A DNA stretch of 63,991 nt, counting the filler, from Octopus bimaculoides (taxonomy: Eukaryota): assembly GCF_001194135.2 (NCBI RefSeq). It is 6 parts of 6 records of this genome, joined end to end, with 100 filler letters (N's around TTAATTAATTAA, not from the genome) between each part and the next. Parts side by side here need not be neighbours in the genome. Positions count along the whole stretch, not along the records: positions 24,011 to 50,393 come from NC_069004.1; 5 more parts are not named here. One strand, 5' to 3'. Both the position numbers and the translations under genes were made by a program. Below, one piece after another: positions 24,011 through 37,504 of this stretch. Positions within the stretch are counted from its first letter, which is position 1; each line of letters opens with the position of its first letter. The notes under the pieces are model-generated. The model did no database searches, had not been told where the DNA came from, and worked only from the letters and a program-made list of their open reading frames with translations.

Positions 24011-24792
24011 GAACGAACGACAATTTACTCTCCGCACTCGCTAGAAACGACGATTTACTCTCCGCACTTACACGGAACGACAATTTACTCTCCGCATTTG
24101 CAGGGAACGACGATTTACTCTCCACACTCACAGGGAACGACGATTTACTCTCCGCACACGTAGGGAACGATAATGTACTCGCCGCAATCGCAGGCAACGA
24201 CGATTAACTCTCCGCACTAGCAGTGAACGACGATTTACTGTCCGCACACGCAGAGAACGACAATTTACTCTCCGCACACGGAGGAACGACAATTTACTCT
24301 CCGCACTCGCCAAAAACGAAAATTTACTCTCCGCACTAACAGAGAACGTCAATTTAGTCTCCGCACTCGCAGAAAACGACAATTTACTCTCCGCACACGC
24401 AGAGAACAACACTTTACTCTCCGCACTCGCAGAAAACGACAATTTACACTCCACACTCGCAGGGAACGACAATTTATTCTCCGCACACGCAGAGAACGAC
24501 AATTTACTCTCCTCACTCGTAGGGAACGACAGTTTACTCTCTGCACTCGAAGGAACGACAATATGCTCACCTCACTAGCAGGGAACAAGAATTTACTCTC
24601 CGCATTCGAAGGAATGACAATTTACTCTCCGCACTCGAACGAACGACAATTTACTCTCCGCACTCGCTAGAAACGACGATTTACTCTCCGCACTTACACG
24701 GAACGACAATTTACTCTCCGCATTTGCAGGGAACGACGATTTACTCTCCACACTCACAGGGAACGACGATTTACTCTCCGCACACGTAGGGA
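24011..24792. repeat. 30-bp minisatellite (~26 units, consensus GAACGACAATTTACTCTCCGCACTCGCAGG) with 626-bp higher-order period
   Basis: Direct unit alignment. 24637-24792 repeats 24011-24166 including variant positions. Gaps on both sides. Confidence 0.9.
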
Positions 24793-25269
24793 NNNNNNNN
24801 NNNNNNNNNNNNNNNNNNNNNNNNNNNNNNNNNNNNNNNNNNNNNNNNNNNNNNNNNNNNNNNNNNNNNNNNNNNNNNNNNNNNNNNNNNNNTTTTTTTT
24901 TTTTTTTTTTTTTTTAATTCAGAATCTAAATTGATGTAAAACCGTAGCTTTTCAGTTCGATTCCACACGGCATTAAAATCATTTGTCAATTATATATACA
25001 GTATTGTTATTATTTTAATCATTAGTTTGAACCTGTGGTCGCTGGTAAAGGCTGTGGTTTGGCAGAGTCACTAAAGCGTAGGAAAAACAGTCTTGCCAGT
25101 ATTTCTTTCGGCTCTTTGAATTCCTTGTTCAAATCCCGCCGATGTCAGCTTTACCTTTCATCCTTTCGATGCCGATAAAATAAAGTATCAGTCATGTACT
25201 GAGGTCGGTCTAATTGACAAAAAAACCCTCCTCTCAATATTGTTGGTCATGTGACTAATTCAGAACCAT

Positions 25270-25540
25270 GTCATCTCCGATGCTTTATAAAGCCAAGTAC
25301 TTTTGCACTGTCATTTTTGTGAGACATGCAGAGGTTCCTTTCCACTACCTTAGATCTATTTTCTCGAAGGAACTGAAATTGGGTGGTCAGGCCTTCTGTA
25401 CATCAGCTTCTTTACGTTGTTGTTATTGTGTTTTCAAGTCTATTTTCATGGGACTTACGACATACAATGTGGTGTATAGTTTCAGGAAACAGACCACACA
25501 TCCAAAATTTGTCACATCTATGTTGCAATAGTTAACGATC
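25270..25540 (-). mobile_element. Degenerate non-LTR element C-terminal CCHC region (R4/Dong-like)
   Basis: Minus strand WMCGLFPETIHHIV and NDSAKVL resemble CRxC..xETIxHIVSGC and ENDxAKILWD. May extend to ~26500. Confidence 0.4.
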
Positions 25541-28500
25541 CTTATTTTAAAACGTCTAATAGTAATGGCCTGCTCCCGTACGGCGAATGTTGTTGCTTCT
25601 GTTGTATGCGGTTGTTGTTGTTGTTGTTGTTGTTGTTATTAAGGCAGCGAGCTATATTTCGTCTGCTGCTACGTTCTGAGTTCAAATTTCGCCGAGGTTG
25701 ACTCATGTCATCCCCTGAAGTGGCGATTCTCCTTCGTGTATCGTCTAAGCTTTTTTTTTTTGGGGGGGGGGCTTCTTTTTATCCTCTTTATTTTTTTTCT
25801 TTCTTTCATCTTACTGTCCCCTATAGTTTTCCACTCCTGCCGGCCGCCCATTTGCTCCACTTCGTCTTTCGACGTTGGGATGATACGACTAGAATGGCGG
25901 CTTCAACTTCCTGATCCACTTCCTGGCTGTCGCCTCCTGGGGCACGGGCATGAGGTGAGTCATACCGACAGCCTCACAGCTGCATTTACTGGTGTTTTGT
26001 AACTTTTGTACATTTTCAGTCTTGTTACTGAAGTTGGTAGCGCTGCTGCTGATGCCTGTTGCTCTGCGTTTCCAGCTCCTTGTGACAGCCCTCAGCTAAT
26101 CTCACTGCCACATCTGTAGCAGCTGGATATTTTAAAACCCCGTATCAGTTTCTTCCAGGACGGCTCTATAGACATGTATAGAAAGATGGTCATTATGACC
26201 TGTCCGCACAGTGGTGAACTTCAACAGACTACATATCACTTCCGGCCACCTTCATGTTCACAATCTATTTTTACTATGCCGCAAAGATTATGACGAACCA
26301 GGGTTCAACATCCATACCAACGTTCTTGGGTATAACCCTTATTTTCTACACTGTTCCATATATTGTGGAAGCATTCTATGGTGGGCAAATGTGTGACGCA
26401 TCAGCATTGCATGTCACAGTTTCACAGTAACGTTTGACACGAAGGAGATTTGGCCACTATTTCAGACAGCGTACCACGAACTACGTTATCCAATGTGCCT
26501 TCCTGTTTTAAGACAGGAAGTTGTGACAGAAGAGAGTATTGGCTGCTATCTTTTTTTCGCGTTAACTTCACATAAGTAACGTATTCTTACTGCAATCGAG
26601 AATTGAACGCAGAAATGTGAACCACAGTCTTCAGATTTTCACTCTTCATCCATAAGTACGCCCCGACCTGTTTTTTTGCTTCCAAACAGAAGCAGCAACA
26701 TCTGAGTGTAGAAAAAAGATTATTTGTAACCCCAAACTCATCGCAGGATCACTTATACTCCTGGGATTTCAAGAGTATTCAAATTGATCGGGAGATGAAA
26801 GGAAAATCCCTCGGTATCATTGTAAAACTTTTTAAGAAAAAAAAAATACCCTCTTTCAAGATGTTTTTATCTCCTGAGAGCAAAATATAACCGTTTCATT
26901 TGTTGCCATGTCTCTATATTTAGAAACCTTCGTCGCCGACAGAATCATCATCATTATCATCATTATCATCATCCTCATGATTATGATTGTTATTATTGTT
27001 GTTGTTGTTGAGCTGGCAGAATCGTTAGCACGCCGGGCAAAATGCTTAGCGGTATTTTGTCCATCTTTACGTTCTGAGTTCGAATGTCGCCGGGGTCGAC
27101 TTTGCCTGTCATCCTTTCGGGGTCGATAAAATAAGTACCAGTCGAGCACTAGGGTCGATGTAGTCGACTTACACCCTCCCCCACGATTAGTAACCTTGTT
27201 ACAAAAGGTGAAACTATTATTACTATCGTTGTTGTTGCTGTTGTTACCGTTAANNNNNNNNNNNNNNNNNNNNNNNNNNNNNNNNNNNNNNNNNNNNNNN
27301 NNNNNNNNNNNNNNNNNNNNNNNNNNNNNNNNNNNNNNNNNNNNNNNNNNNNNNNNNNNNNNNNNNNNNNNNNNNNNNNNNNNNNNNNNNNNNNNNNNNN
27401 NNNNNNNNNNNNNNNNNNNNNNNNNNNNNNNNNNNNNNNNNNNNNNNNNNNNNNNNNNNNNNNNNNNNNNNNNNNNNNNNNNNNNNNNNNNNNNNNNNNN
27501 NNNNNNNNNNNNNNNNNNNNNNNNNNNNNNNNNNNNNNNNNNNNNNNNNNNNNNNNNNNNNNNNNNNNNNNNNNNNNNNNNNNNNNNNNNNNNNNNNNNN
27601 NNNNNNNNNNNNNNNNNNNNNNNNNNNNNNNNNNNNNNNNNNNNNNNNNNNNNNNNNNNNNNNNNNNNNNNNNNNNNNNNNNNNNNNNNNNNNNNNNNNN
27701 NNNNNNNNNNNNNNNGGGGGGGGGGTTACTTGACACGAAAACCCTGGCACCGAAGGGAGGGGAGGTGAAGAAAGGGCGAGCGCAGCCTAACGGGGAGCAG
27801 GGTCGATAAATGGACTTGAACTTGGTTTTTTTTGGTCCCTTTGTATGTTATTTTTTCATATTTGCCACCATGCGCCCCGTCTCAGCCCCATTCCCCTGCC
27901 CTCCCCCAACCGAAGGGGTTAGGTGTGCCTGCCAAATGAATGCTTTCCCTGAATTAGATGGGCGTACACACACACACACACCAATACACACACACGCACA
28001 TACACGTACACATACACACAAACTCACACATACACACATACACCCATGCATTTATATACGTCACACATACATAGACACATATAGAAGTATGTCTATGTGT
28101 GTATATATGTATGTTGGTGGGGGTGGGGGGTTATATACAAAAAGAAACTCAATTCGAACAGGTTAATTGTGAATATTGGAATGCTACAGCCAAGGCGGGG
28201 CAGCAAGGTGAGTTGTTTGTGGAGGTCANNNNNNNNNNNNNNNNNNNNNNNNNNNNNNNNNNNNNNNNNNNNNNNNNNNNNNNNNNNNNNNNNNNNNNNN
28301 NNNNNNNNNNNNNNNNNNNNNNNNNNNNNNNNNNNNNNNNNNNNNNNNNNNNNNNNNNNNNNNNNNNNNNNNNNNNNNNNNNNNNNNNNNNNNNNNNNNN
28401 NNNNNNNNNNNNNNNNNNNNNNNNNNNNNNNNNNNNNNNNNNNNNNNNNNNNNNNNNNNNNNNNNNNNNNNNNNNNNNNNNNNNNNNNNNNNNNNNNNNN

Positions 28501-28959
28501 NNNNNNNNNNNNNNNNNNNNNNNNNNNNNNNNNNNNNNNNNNNNNNNNNNNNNNNNNNNNNNNNNNNNNNNNNNNNNNNNNNNNNNNNNNNNNNNNNNNN
28601 NNNNNNNNNNNNNNNNNNNNNNNNNNNNNNNNNNNNNNNNNNNNNNNNNNNNNNNNNNNNNNNNNNNNNNNNNNNATGATGATGATGATGACGACGACGG
28701 CTACAGTTGTAACAATGACGGTCCTGATGATGAGCTCTTCAACGTTTGAAAAATTACAAGAAGCACGACCGACCACAAAATAACAAATTGATGAGACTCA
28801 ATTCATGCTGCTGCCTCTAACCCCTCCCCCCCCCCACTACGACACTATCCTCATACCTTCCTCCATCATTTTCTCTTCCCCCCCTTCTGTCCTTCATTTC
28901 TACCTGCTTAATTAGCCTTTTCCCCACCTCCTCTTTCGCACTATGCACCTTAACATCAA

Positions 28960-29842
28960 GTCGGCCTTAATGCTTCAGAGCATTGTTAGTTATCGAGGGG
29001 CCTGGCATCTGGAAACTCGTTAGATTCCCATCGCCCTCCACCAGTCCGTGCTAAGCGGTCGGTAGGCAATATAGAGAAATCTCGAGATGCGAAGGAGCGA
29101 TGATATTCACGGAGAAACTGCAGGCGTCGACGAGGATCAACCAGCGGGTTTGTTTTGGTTATTCGCAGAGGAAACTACCATGAATAACTTGGGAAGTGCT
29201 ACCGCGATCGAGCAGTTCCGCCCGGTGGTGCACACAGAGCGCACTCATGCCGCGTCCAACCATCGCTGCCTTTTCGAGTTACGTCCTCAGTTGGACTTTT
29301 CCTGTATCAGGAGGGCAGGATCATTCCTATTCTCATATTTTGTATAATTTCATCGCATTTCACTGCTTTTTTCCCCATTCCTTTCTCCCCATCATTTTTG
29401 TAAAGTCACTCACAAATTGTTAACTGTCCTTATGATGGCCCTACGCTCCTGTGGCTAATAAAAAAAATTATTGTGGTTATTATTATTATTATTATTATTA
29501 TTATTGTCACCAGGGAAGTGTTGCCTTGTAGCAAGTTTGTTGAAAGGTGAGCGAATGTTGGAAGAATGGCCAGTGTGAAAGAGTCAATCTTGAGCGTGCA
29601 CCTGTAAACAAAAGGAGAAGGGCTCTTGGTCTGTTGTTGTTCAGGTACCCGTGGCTTTTGTGGGTTTTCCACGAGGTCCTTAAAGCGCCTCTCCTATTGG
29701 GAGTTTTAAAATATTTAATTTTTAATCGTTATTTATATTGTTTACGGGTTGGGAAACCCTTTGCATCGTCCTGTTTTTGTCTTTTATGTTGTTGTATGTC
29801 CTTTAATATAATTTTATGTAAGCCCTTGTGGCCAACAAACGA

Positions 29843-29887
<45 letters not shown>

Positions 29888-29890
29888 CAT
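28960..29890 (+). mobile_element. Degenerate L1/Tx1-like LINE 3' end with (ATT)n tail
   Basis: RGAWHLE, DDIHGETAGVDEDQPAGLF and SKFVER*ANVGRMASVK..LSVHL* resemble recalled Tx1-like ORF2 C-termini; ends in an (ATT)n/(ATC)n tail. Confidence 0.5.
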
Positions 29891-30013
29891 CATCATCATC
29901 ATCATATAATCAGTTTCATGCAGGCAAATATCTGCATCATCAAGTGCACAGCACGATGTTCCGGGGGTGGGTAGGTGGGTGTTCGTGTTGCATTGTCTTG
30001 AGGGAAGCAGGGC

Positions 30014-30116
<103 letters not shown>

Positions 30117-30745
30117 ATCGTGTTTGCATGTTGGTACATCTGTTTTGTCTTATTGTGGTATTTGTCATGTTGTTTCCTGGCGGAATGGCGTTGCGCGTGT
30201 TTTGTTAATTTTATTTCTGCTGTAGAATACATGCAGGCAGTGTGTCGTGGTAACTTGATGAGTGACAATCATCATCATCATCATCATCATCATCAGTAGT
30301 AGTAGTGAGTTTTGACATATGCTATTACATAAACAATAGAGTAATTGGCATGCATACACACATATGCGCAGACGGACACACATACATATATACATACATA
30401 CTCACACACACATGTATCTATACATTCATACATATGTCGATGTTCATATACAATGCCATACCATCCATACCCGTAACCATGTGTACATGTATGCGTACAT
30501 ACTACATACAACAGAGATGCGTCTATGTAGGCATGCATGCATATATACATATATATATATATACACATACATACATACATATATGCACACACAAACATAT
30601 ACATACACAGATAGATACATGACTGCCCGGTTTGAGGTTGTTAATATTTTAATGCAAGAATCTTGTGTCTAGGTTAAGAACTGGCATTTTCTCCATTGGT
30701 GAGAAATTCGAAAAATAAAACCAAGAACATAGCATACATAAATAC

Positions 30746-30798
<53 letters not shown>

Positions 30799-31296
30799 GA
30801 TAGACAGATGCTGAAGTTAAATAAATATATGCATCTATTAAATAACGTGAATAAATGTGTGTGTGTGTGTGTGTGTGATTATTCAGTTTTAGTCGCGATT
30901 CGTTGCCAATAGAGAGTCGTCGGTTTCTAAATTAGATCCAAGGCTCCTTCACTGAAATTTCAACATCAACAGCGTATTTTTGTATGTGTGTATGCATGCA
31001 TATATGTATGTGTGCATGTATGTATGTGTGCATGTATGTATGTATGTATGTATGTACGTATATGTATGTACGTATATGTGTGTATGTATGTATTCATTCC
31101 GGCGTTATAGTAGAGGTCACTTGCCCCAAGGTGCCGTGCAGTAAAGTCAAATCTAAAACCACGTTACCTTAAAGCGAACTTTTTAACGATACACCCATGC
31201 CTCTAGACACACACATTTCCATCTACAAATGCTTTGTGTGCGGTGTGTTAGTATCTCTGGCGAATGTATATATATGTATATATGTGTATGTGTGTG

Positions 31297-31347
<51 letters not shown>

Positions 31348-34300
31348 GCGTATGCCTTTGTGTATTTTACATTTTCTCCGTTCATTCCGAAATGTCGGCC
31401 AAGATGCCAAAATTAAGTTGTTCCTCGCCCCTAAAAGTGTCAGATGAAACCCCACATCGTTCTAATAGACCCCTTACCATGCCAGTCCTCATTAAAACAT
31501 GTCGAAGGATTGTCAATGAACTTAGGGGCAGGATGGAAATAACGGTTGTGGCAGTGGCAGTGGTGGGAGCTACGACTGTGCAGGGCTCCCACCAACTAAA
31601 GGCTCTGTCTATATTGTGCTTTGTTCTTTTTCTTCTCCTTATCCTTCGCTTTCTCCTCATCCGCCTTTCTCTTTCTTCTCGTCCTCCTCGTTTTCTCCTT
31701 CTTTCCCCTCTTCTTGTTTTTCTTGTTCTTTTTCTTCTGTCTTCTTCTCTTTCTTCCTTTCCTTCGTCTCCTCGCCCTCCTTCTCCTCTTCCTCTACCCC
31801 CTTCTTCGTGTTCTTCTTCTTCTTGCTCTCCTTTTTGTTCTTGTTGCTGTTCTTCTTCACACGTTTTAAATAATAACAATTACAAAAGTTTCTAACTTAG
31901 GGCCACGGGGGTCAATAATTTTGAGGGGCGGGGGAAACTAGTTGCCACCAACGACTCTGGGTCGGTGCTATTCATTATTTTCCCTTCTCGTATCTTCTTT
32001 TATCGACCACGGACGGATATAAGGTAAAGTTGATCTCGGTGGGATTTGAAACAGCAAAGCATTTTTCCAACGCTTTGTCGATTTTGTCAGTGCAAGTAAT
32101 ATTAAGATCAATATTAATATCAATATTAAAATCAATATTAAGAGCAATATTGGTTTCAAATTTTGGAACAAGACCAGCAGTTTCGACTGGGCAGGGCCGT
32201 AAGTCGATTAGATCGATTCCAGTGTTTAGGATGAATGGAAAAGTCGACCCCGGCGGCATTTCAATTTAGAACATAAAAACGATTTGTGCCAACTTGTCGC
32301 CATAATCATCATCTTACTATAACTCTTAAGGTAGCGAGCTGGCAGAGTCGTTGGCGCGGCGAACAAAATGCTGCTAGACTTAACAACATTTTGTCCGATT
32401 TTACATTCTGAGTTCAAATGCCACCGAGTTTGACTTTGCCTTTCATTCCTTCCTGGGTCGATAAACGAAGGACCACTTGAGAGCTGGGGGGGGGGGGGGG
32501 GTCGGTGTCTGCAAATTACTGCCCCCCCCCCACCGAACTTGCTGCCTAAAGTTTGAAAACAATAACAATGAGAGTGACAACGTCCAGGATCCCAACGACC
32601 CAGATAAGTGTCACCCTTTGTCATGTGTGTGTGTGTGTGTGTGTATATGTATATACATACATACACACAATAATAAATGTATACATCTACATAGATTCAT
32701 ACGAAAATACATATGTATGAATGATATGAATGTATGTTCAGATAAATATACATCTATTAATGTATATACCCACACAAGTAGTACACACAAAATTATATAT
32801 ACATGTATGTATATATGTGTATGTATGGATATATATGTGTATATACACATACACACACACTGACAAACATATATATACAAATAGTTCATATATAGTTAAA
32901 TGAAGAAAAACTAGAGAGTAGGCAGTTAATTATATTAACAAATTGGTCATCTTTGCTTCTTACATATATACATATATGTATTTATGTATAGGCATACAAC
33001 TGCATATATTTATAGGCGTATATATGCATGTATATACGTATATTACGCTTTGTTCTTCTTTTTCTTCTTCTCGTCCTCCTCTTTTTCTTCTTCTCTCTCT
33101 TCTTTTCCTTCGTCTCCTCGTCCTCACCCTCCTTCCCTCCTTCTCCTCTTCCTCATTCTTCGTGGATCCGTGTCTATGTATTTGCACATATAATAGAAAT
33201 ATAAGGTTTTTTTGTAAGCAGACCGTTAGCTTTATTGTTAAAGAAACAAATGTCGCAGTTCATACGACACGATTTTTGTCTCTCTCTGCAGTCAGTAAAA
33301 GATGTTTCTTTCACCGCCATTTCTCCAAATATCGGTTACCTGTCTAGGACCACGAAGAGAATACTAAATTCAACTTACTTATTATGTATGCGATATTAAA
33401 TCTAAATTGGTAGGCCTAATTTGCATAACAAAGTGCAACTTGAATAATTGATTTATATTTATATTGATATCTCCGCTGTGCTGTGTCTTTGTTCATCAGA
33501 TAACTTATATAAATTCGTTTGATTTCTTTCTCTTGCACGAAATATATATNNNNNNNNNNNNNNNNNNNNNNNNNNNNNNNNNNNNNNNNNNNNNNNNNNN
33601 NNNNNNNNNNNNNNNNNNNNNNNNNNNNNNNNNNNNNNNNNNNNNNNNNNNNNNNNNNNNNNNNNNNNNNNNNNNNNNNNNNNNNNNNNNNNNNNNNNNN
33701 NNNNNNNNNNNNNNNNNNNNNNNNNNNNNNNNNNNNNNNNNNNNNNNNNNNNNNNNNNNNNNNNNNNNNNNNNNNNNNNNNNNNNNNNNNNNNNNNNNNN
33801 NNNNNNNNNNNNNNNNNNNNNNNNNNNNNNNNNNNNNNNNNNNNNNNNNNNNNNNNNNNNNNNNNNNNNNNNNNNNNNNNNNNNNNNNNNNNNNNNNNNN
33901 NNNNNNNNNNNNNNNNNNNNNNNNNNNNNNNNNNNNNNNNNNNNNNNNNNNNNNNNNNNNNNNNNNNNNNNNNNNNNNNNNNNNNNNNNNNNNNNNNNNN
34001 NNNNNNNNNNNNNNNNNNNNNNNNNNNNNNNNNNNNNNNNNNNNNNNNNNNNNNNNNNNNNNNNNNNNNNNNNNTATATATCTTTATATATATATCTTTA
34101 TATATAATGTAATATACATACATACATTCATACTTACATAAGCACACACGCACGCACACTCACACACATTGTTTACGTTATAAGAATTTAGAAACTTTGA
34201 AAGAATTCGTTTTAACGGTCGAACTTGAAGTAGATAAAGCTATAAATAATAACGTGTGAAAATTGTTTGTATTGTTGTTGTTATCGTAATCCTTGTTGCT

Positions 34301-34611
34301 ATTCATTATTGCTTTTCCTGGTATTTAACCAGAGGGCAGCTCTAATGAAAAAAAAAAAACCACGATTAAAGAAAGGGGGGGGGGGTCCTCGAACCACCAT
34401 ATTATTTAAAAAATGGCAAATTCATCGTTTTCTTGAAGTACATTTATTGAATTCTCGATTTTTTAAGAAAGTGTAAAATTAGATTTGATGGTTAGGTTGA
34501 TTGTGCACAAAGACTGCCTGCTTGTCTCGTTAACTGGACTTTTGGGTCAAATTAAGACATCTTTTAATTTCGCCATATTAATACCAATATTTGTTTCGTA
34601 TTTGTTTTCAG

Positions 34612-34689
34612 AAGATAATATCTGTCAACCATGTAAAGAACCCGATACATTCGAAGGTCTTGTAGACAGCTTTTGCCGTGCCGGGGCAG
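34612..34689 (+). CDS. SFRP: SFRP1/2/5-type secreted frizzled-related protein, penultimate exon (EDNICQPCKEPDTFEGLVDSFCRAGA)
   Basis: Acceptor tttgttttcAG|, donor GCA G|GTAAGG, 78 nt, phase 1/1. CxxC...C start of the NTR domain (cf. SFRP1 VCPPCDN...EHLCASEF). The 78-nt size matches the middle exon of vertebrate SFRP1/5 as recalled. Confidence 0.8.
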
Positions 34690-35789
34690 GTAAGGATCAG
34701 CATCTAGCTTCTTAAACCCCATTTTTCTTTCCCTTTCTTTCTCATTTTATTAATTTTTATATTATTTACTATCTTACATTTTATATCATGCATTTTGTTG
34801 TCAGAGGCGTCGTTAGTAGTTACAAGGTCTCTCAGAAGCCAATCGCCGGTTCATTGCTTTTACGATGGCCAGGAATCATAAGGGAGTGTTTAGAGAAACT
34901 CGGGCCGAAATAGATACCACACAAGGTATTTTCATTCGACACACACATCACCAACTTCCTCTATAAACTATGTTACCATGTGTCTATTTATAGAATATGC
35001 TATCTACAGAATGTGACTATGTTTAATCTGTGTCTAAATATAGATTGTATCTAACTATAGATTGTATCTATCTATAACTGTATTTACAAACTATATCAAT
35101 CTATCTATCTATCTGTCTGTCTATCTATCTATCTNNNNNNNNNNNNNNNNNNNNNNNNNNNNNNNNNNNNNNNNNNNNNNNNNNNNNNNNNNNNNNNNNN
35201 NNNNNNNNNNNNNNNNNNNNNNNNNNNNNNNNNNTATTAGCGCGCGCACACGCATGTGTATACATATATATATTTAAATTATAAATATACAAACACACAC
35301 TAACAGACGTACATAGATAGTAAGTCAGTATGATAGATAGTTAGCTATCCAAATATTCTCTTCCTCTCTTCCCATCCCTCCCTTTCAATTCCTTACCTGA
35401 CATCTCTGCGTGTGATGCGCTCAGTTTTCCAATTGACACGTCGTTCTGGTTGACACACACATCTCCACACCACCACCATCATCCCTTACCCCTGTCCCAT
35501 CTTGTCAATTGCAGTTTAAATCAAGACACATGCACTCGTGCACATGGAAATGCACCCTGCGCTGATCTGCCAAGTTTTCTCTTTCACCTCGTGCACCGTC
35601 CACGTGCACACTGACTACGGCCACGTAAGTTGGTTCTTGCGGGAACAGTGGGGTGGTGGTGGTGGTGGCGATGTTGTTTTAGCCCCAGGTCAGCCCTAAT
35701 GGGACAGGTCTAACGCACACGGTTAAATGACAAGGAACGACCTTCACACACATCTAAACATCCATACGTTCATAAGCAGACATACGCAT

Positions 35790-36190
35790 ACAAAAGAATT
35801 TATTGAACTCCATTTTCCAGCTCCAGCTCCAGGTCGCAGGTCAAACGAAACGCGTCGCAGGCGATGGGAGAGCGACCCCAAAATGCAGTCATCTGAAGAA
35901 TATGTCGGCGTAGTGGCAGATCTTTCCAACTGAACTCTTGAATAGCAATTTTGGTCAAATTAGCGGCGTGGGGGAGGATCATTGTCATGTTGAAGAAGCA
36001 CGAGTGGAGGTGGCAGATAACAGAGACCAATTCCCAAGTGTATTGGCGAGGATCCTCGTCGATGTGCTTGTTGAACTGAACAGGTCGACTGGGGTGCGGA
36101 GAATCTGTGAGGTCGAATTTTCCATTCTTGAAGCGTGAAAACCGTTTCAGTGCAGTTCTTTCAGTAATAGCGTAAAATCACATGTCCTAA
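35790..36190 (-). mobile_element. Internally deleted mariner transposase remnant in the SFRP intron
   Basis: ITERTALKRFSRFKNGKFDLTDSP (HTH region) fused to LLQHDND..HAANLTKIAIQEFSW (catalytic region). Confidence 0.7.
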
Positions 36191-36732
36191 AAGAGAAAAT
36201 TTATTCAAATTTCAAAAACGATTAACAAAAGTTGTAAAGAAAGAACAGAGCTACAACAAAGAAACTATAAAACACAACGATAAAAATGTTTTTCGTGTTG
36301 ATCCAAAACACATTGGACAGAAAAGAATTTATCAGATAACCCCGTAGAAAACTGTGTAGTTATGGATATGAAAGCCTTTTGCCATGGAGACTCCTGACGA
36401 TGTGGAAACATTCTGTTGTTCTTTTCAATATACAGAAAAATAGTAGTCTGTCTTTCATTTGCTTTTATATATATAATATATATATATTATATAGATACAT
36501 ATAAACATAGATATACTCTTTATTGCATAAAAACAAAACAATGTTAACGCCCAATAATTCCTTAGTATATATATTTGTGTTTGCATCTCTGCTTGCGTGC
36601 ATGTATGTATGTATGTAATTTGTGTGTATCTCTTTATTTTGTCTGTTCTCTTCTAGCTTTTCTACAACTTGCTAAATTTCTTTCTCGTTCTCTCTCACAT
36701 ACACTCTTTTCTCTTTCTTTGTCTTCTTTCAG

Positions 36733-37250
36733 TGTTCCGTGTAACGGTGGACAGTGTGAACGCAGAAAATGGCTACCTACGAGTGAACTTCATGCGGAAG
36801 AAGAGAGCGTACAAACGTGGTACGCTGGTGAAGAAAGAGATCCGTAAATTAGTTGGTTACATTCCCGTGACCAACAAATGCGACTGTGCTAAGAACAATG
36901 CTTCTTTGATCGCTCCGAAGAAGAGGCTTCTAGTGATGGGCCGCATGGAGCAAGACAAATTCCTTCTGTTTTTCGTTAGTCCATATCAGAGAAAATCGGA
37001 AGGTTTTCGAGCGGCGACGAAAATGTGGAAGAAAGAGAACCCATGCAAATCGTGGGCCATACCTGATGTGTATACCCCGGAGAAGACAGAGAAGAAAGAG
37101 AAGAACAAAACGGATAAAAAGAGGGACAAGAAGGACAAGAAGAATCGCAAGAAGAAGAAGAGGAGGAGAAAGAAGAAGGGATCGAAGAAGAGGAACAAGG
37201 ATAGGAAGAAGTCGAAAAAGGGCAATGAAGTATCTCCCCCGTCTCAGTGA
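36733..37250 (+). CDS. SFRP: SFRP1/2/5-type terminal exon: NTR (netrin-like) domain plus polybasic C-terminal tail
   Basis: Acceptor tcttctttcAG|TG TTC CGT continues the frame (V-FRVTVDSV). Contains KCDC, LLVMGR and ENPC, completing the six-Cys NTR pattern CxxC-C-CxC-C. Stop TGA at 37248-37250. Confidence 0.85.
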
Positions 37251-37472
37251 CCTGAAGTCGCCATTCTATAACGGGGGGTCCATCAAGTTGAGTTACATGT
37301 ATGTGTATATGATGTATGTATCTGTGCATATACACACATATATATACACATATATACATATATATAAATACAGATGTACATATACACATATACATACATG
37401 CATATATACATACATATATATAAACACACGTACATATATATATACATACACACACACACATATATATGTGTA

Positions 37473-37504
<32 letters not shown>

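Noticed and set aside
24011-24792. CRISPR-like array of ~30-bp repeats
   Set aside because: Units are contiguous with no unique spacers, the context is eukaryotic and no cas genes are present; it is a minisatellite.
31197-31895. 232-aa and overlapping Glu/Arg/Lys- or Leu/Ser-rich ORFs
   Set aside because: Derived from (TG)n and CT-rich low-complexity DNA; no domain or splice support.
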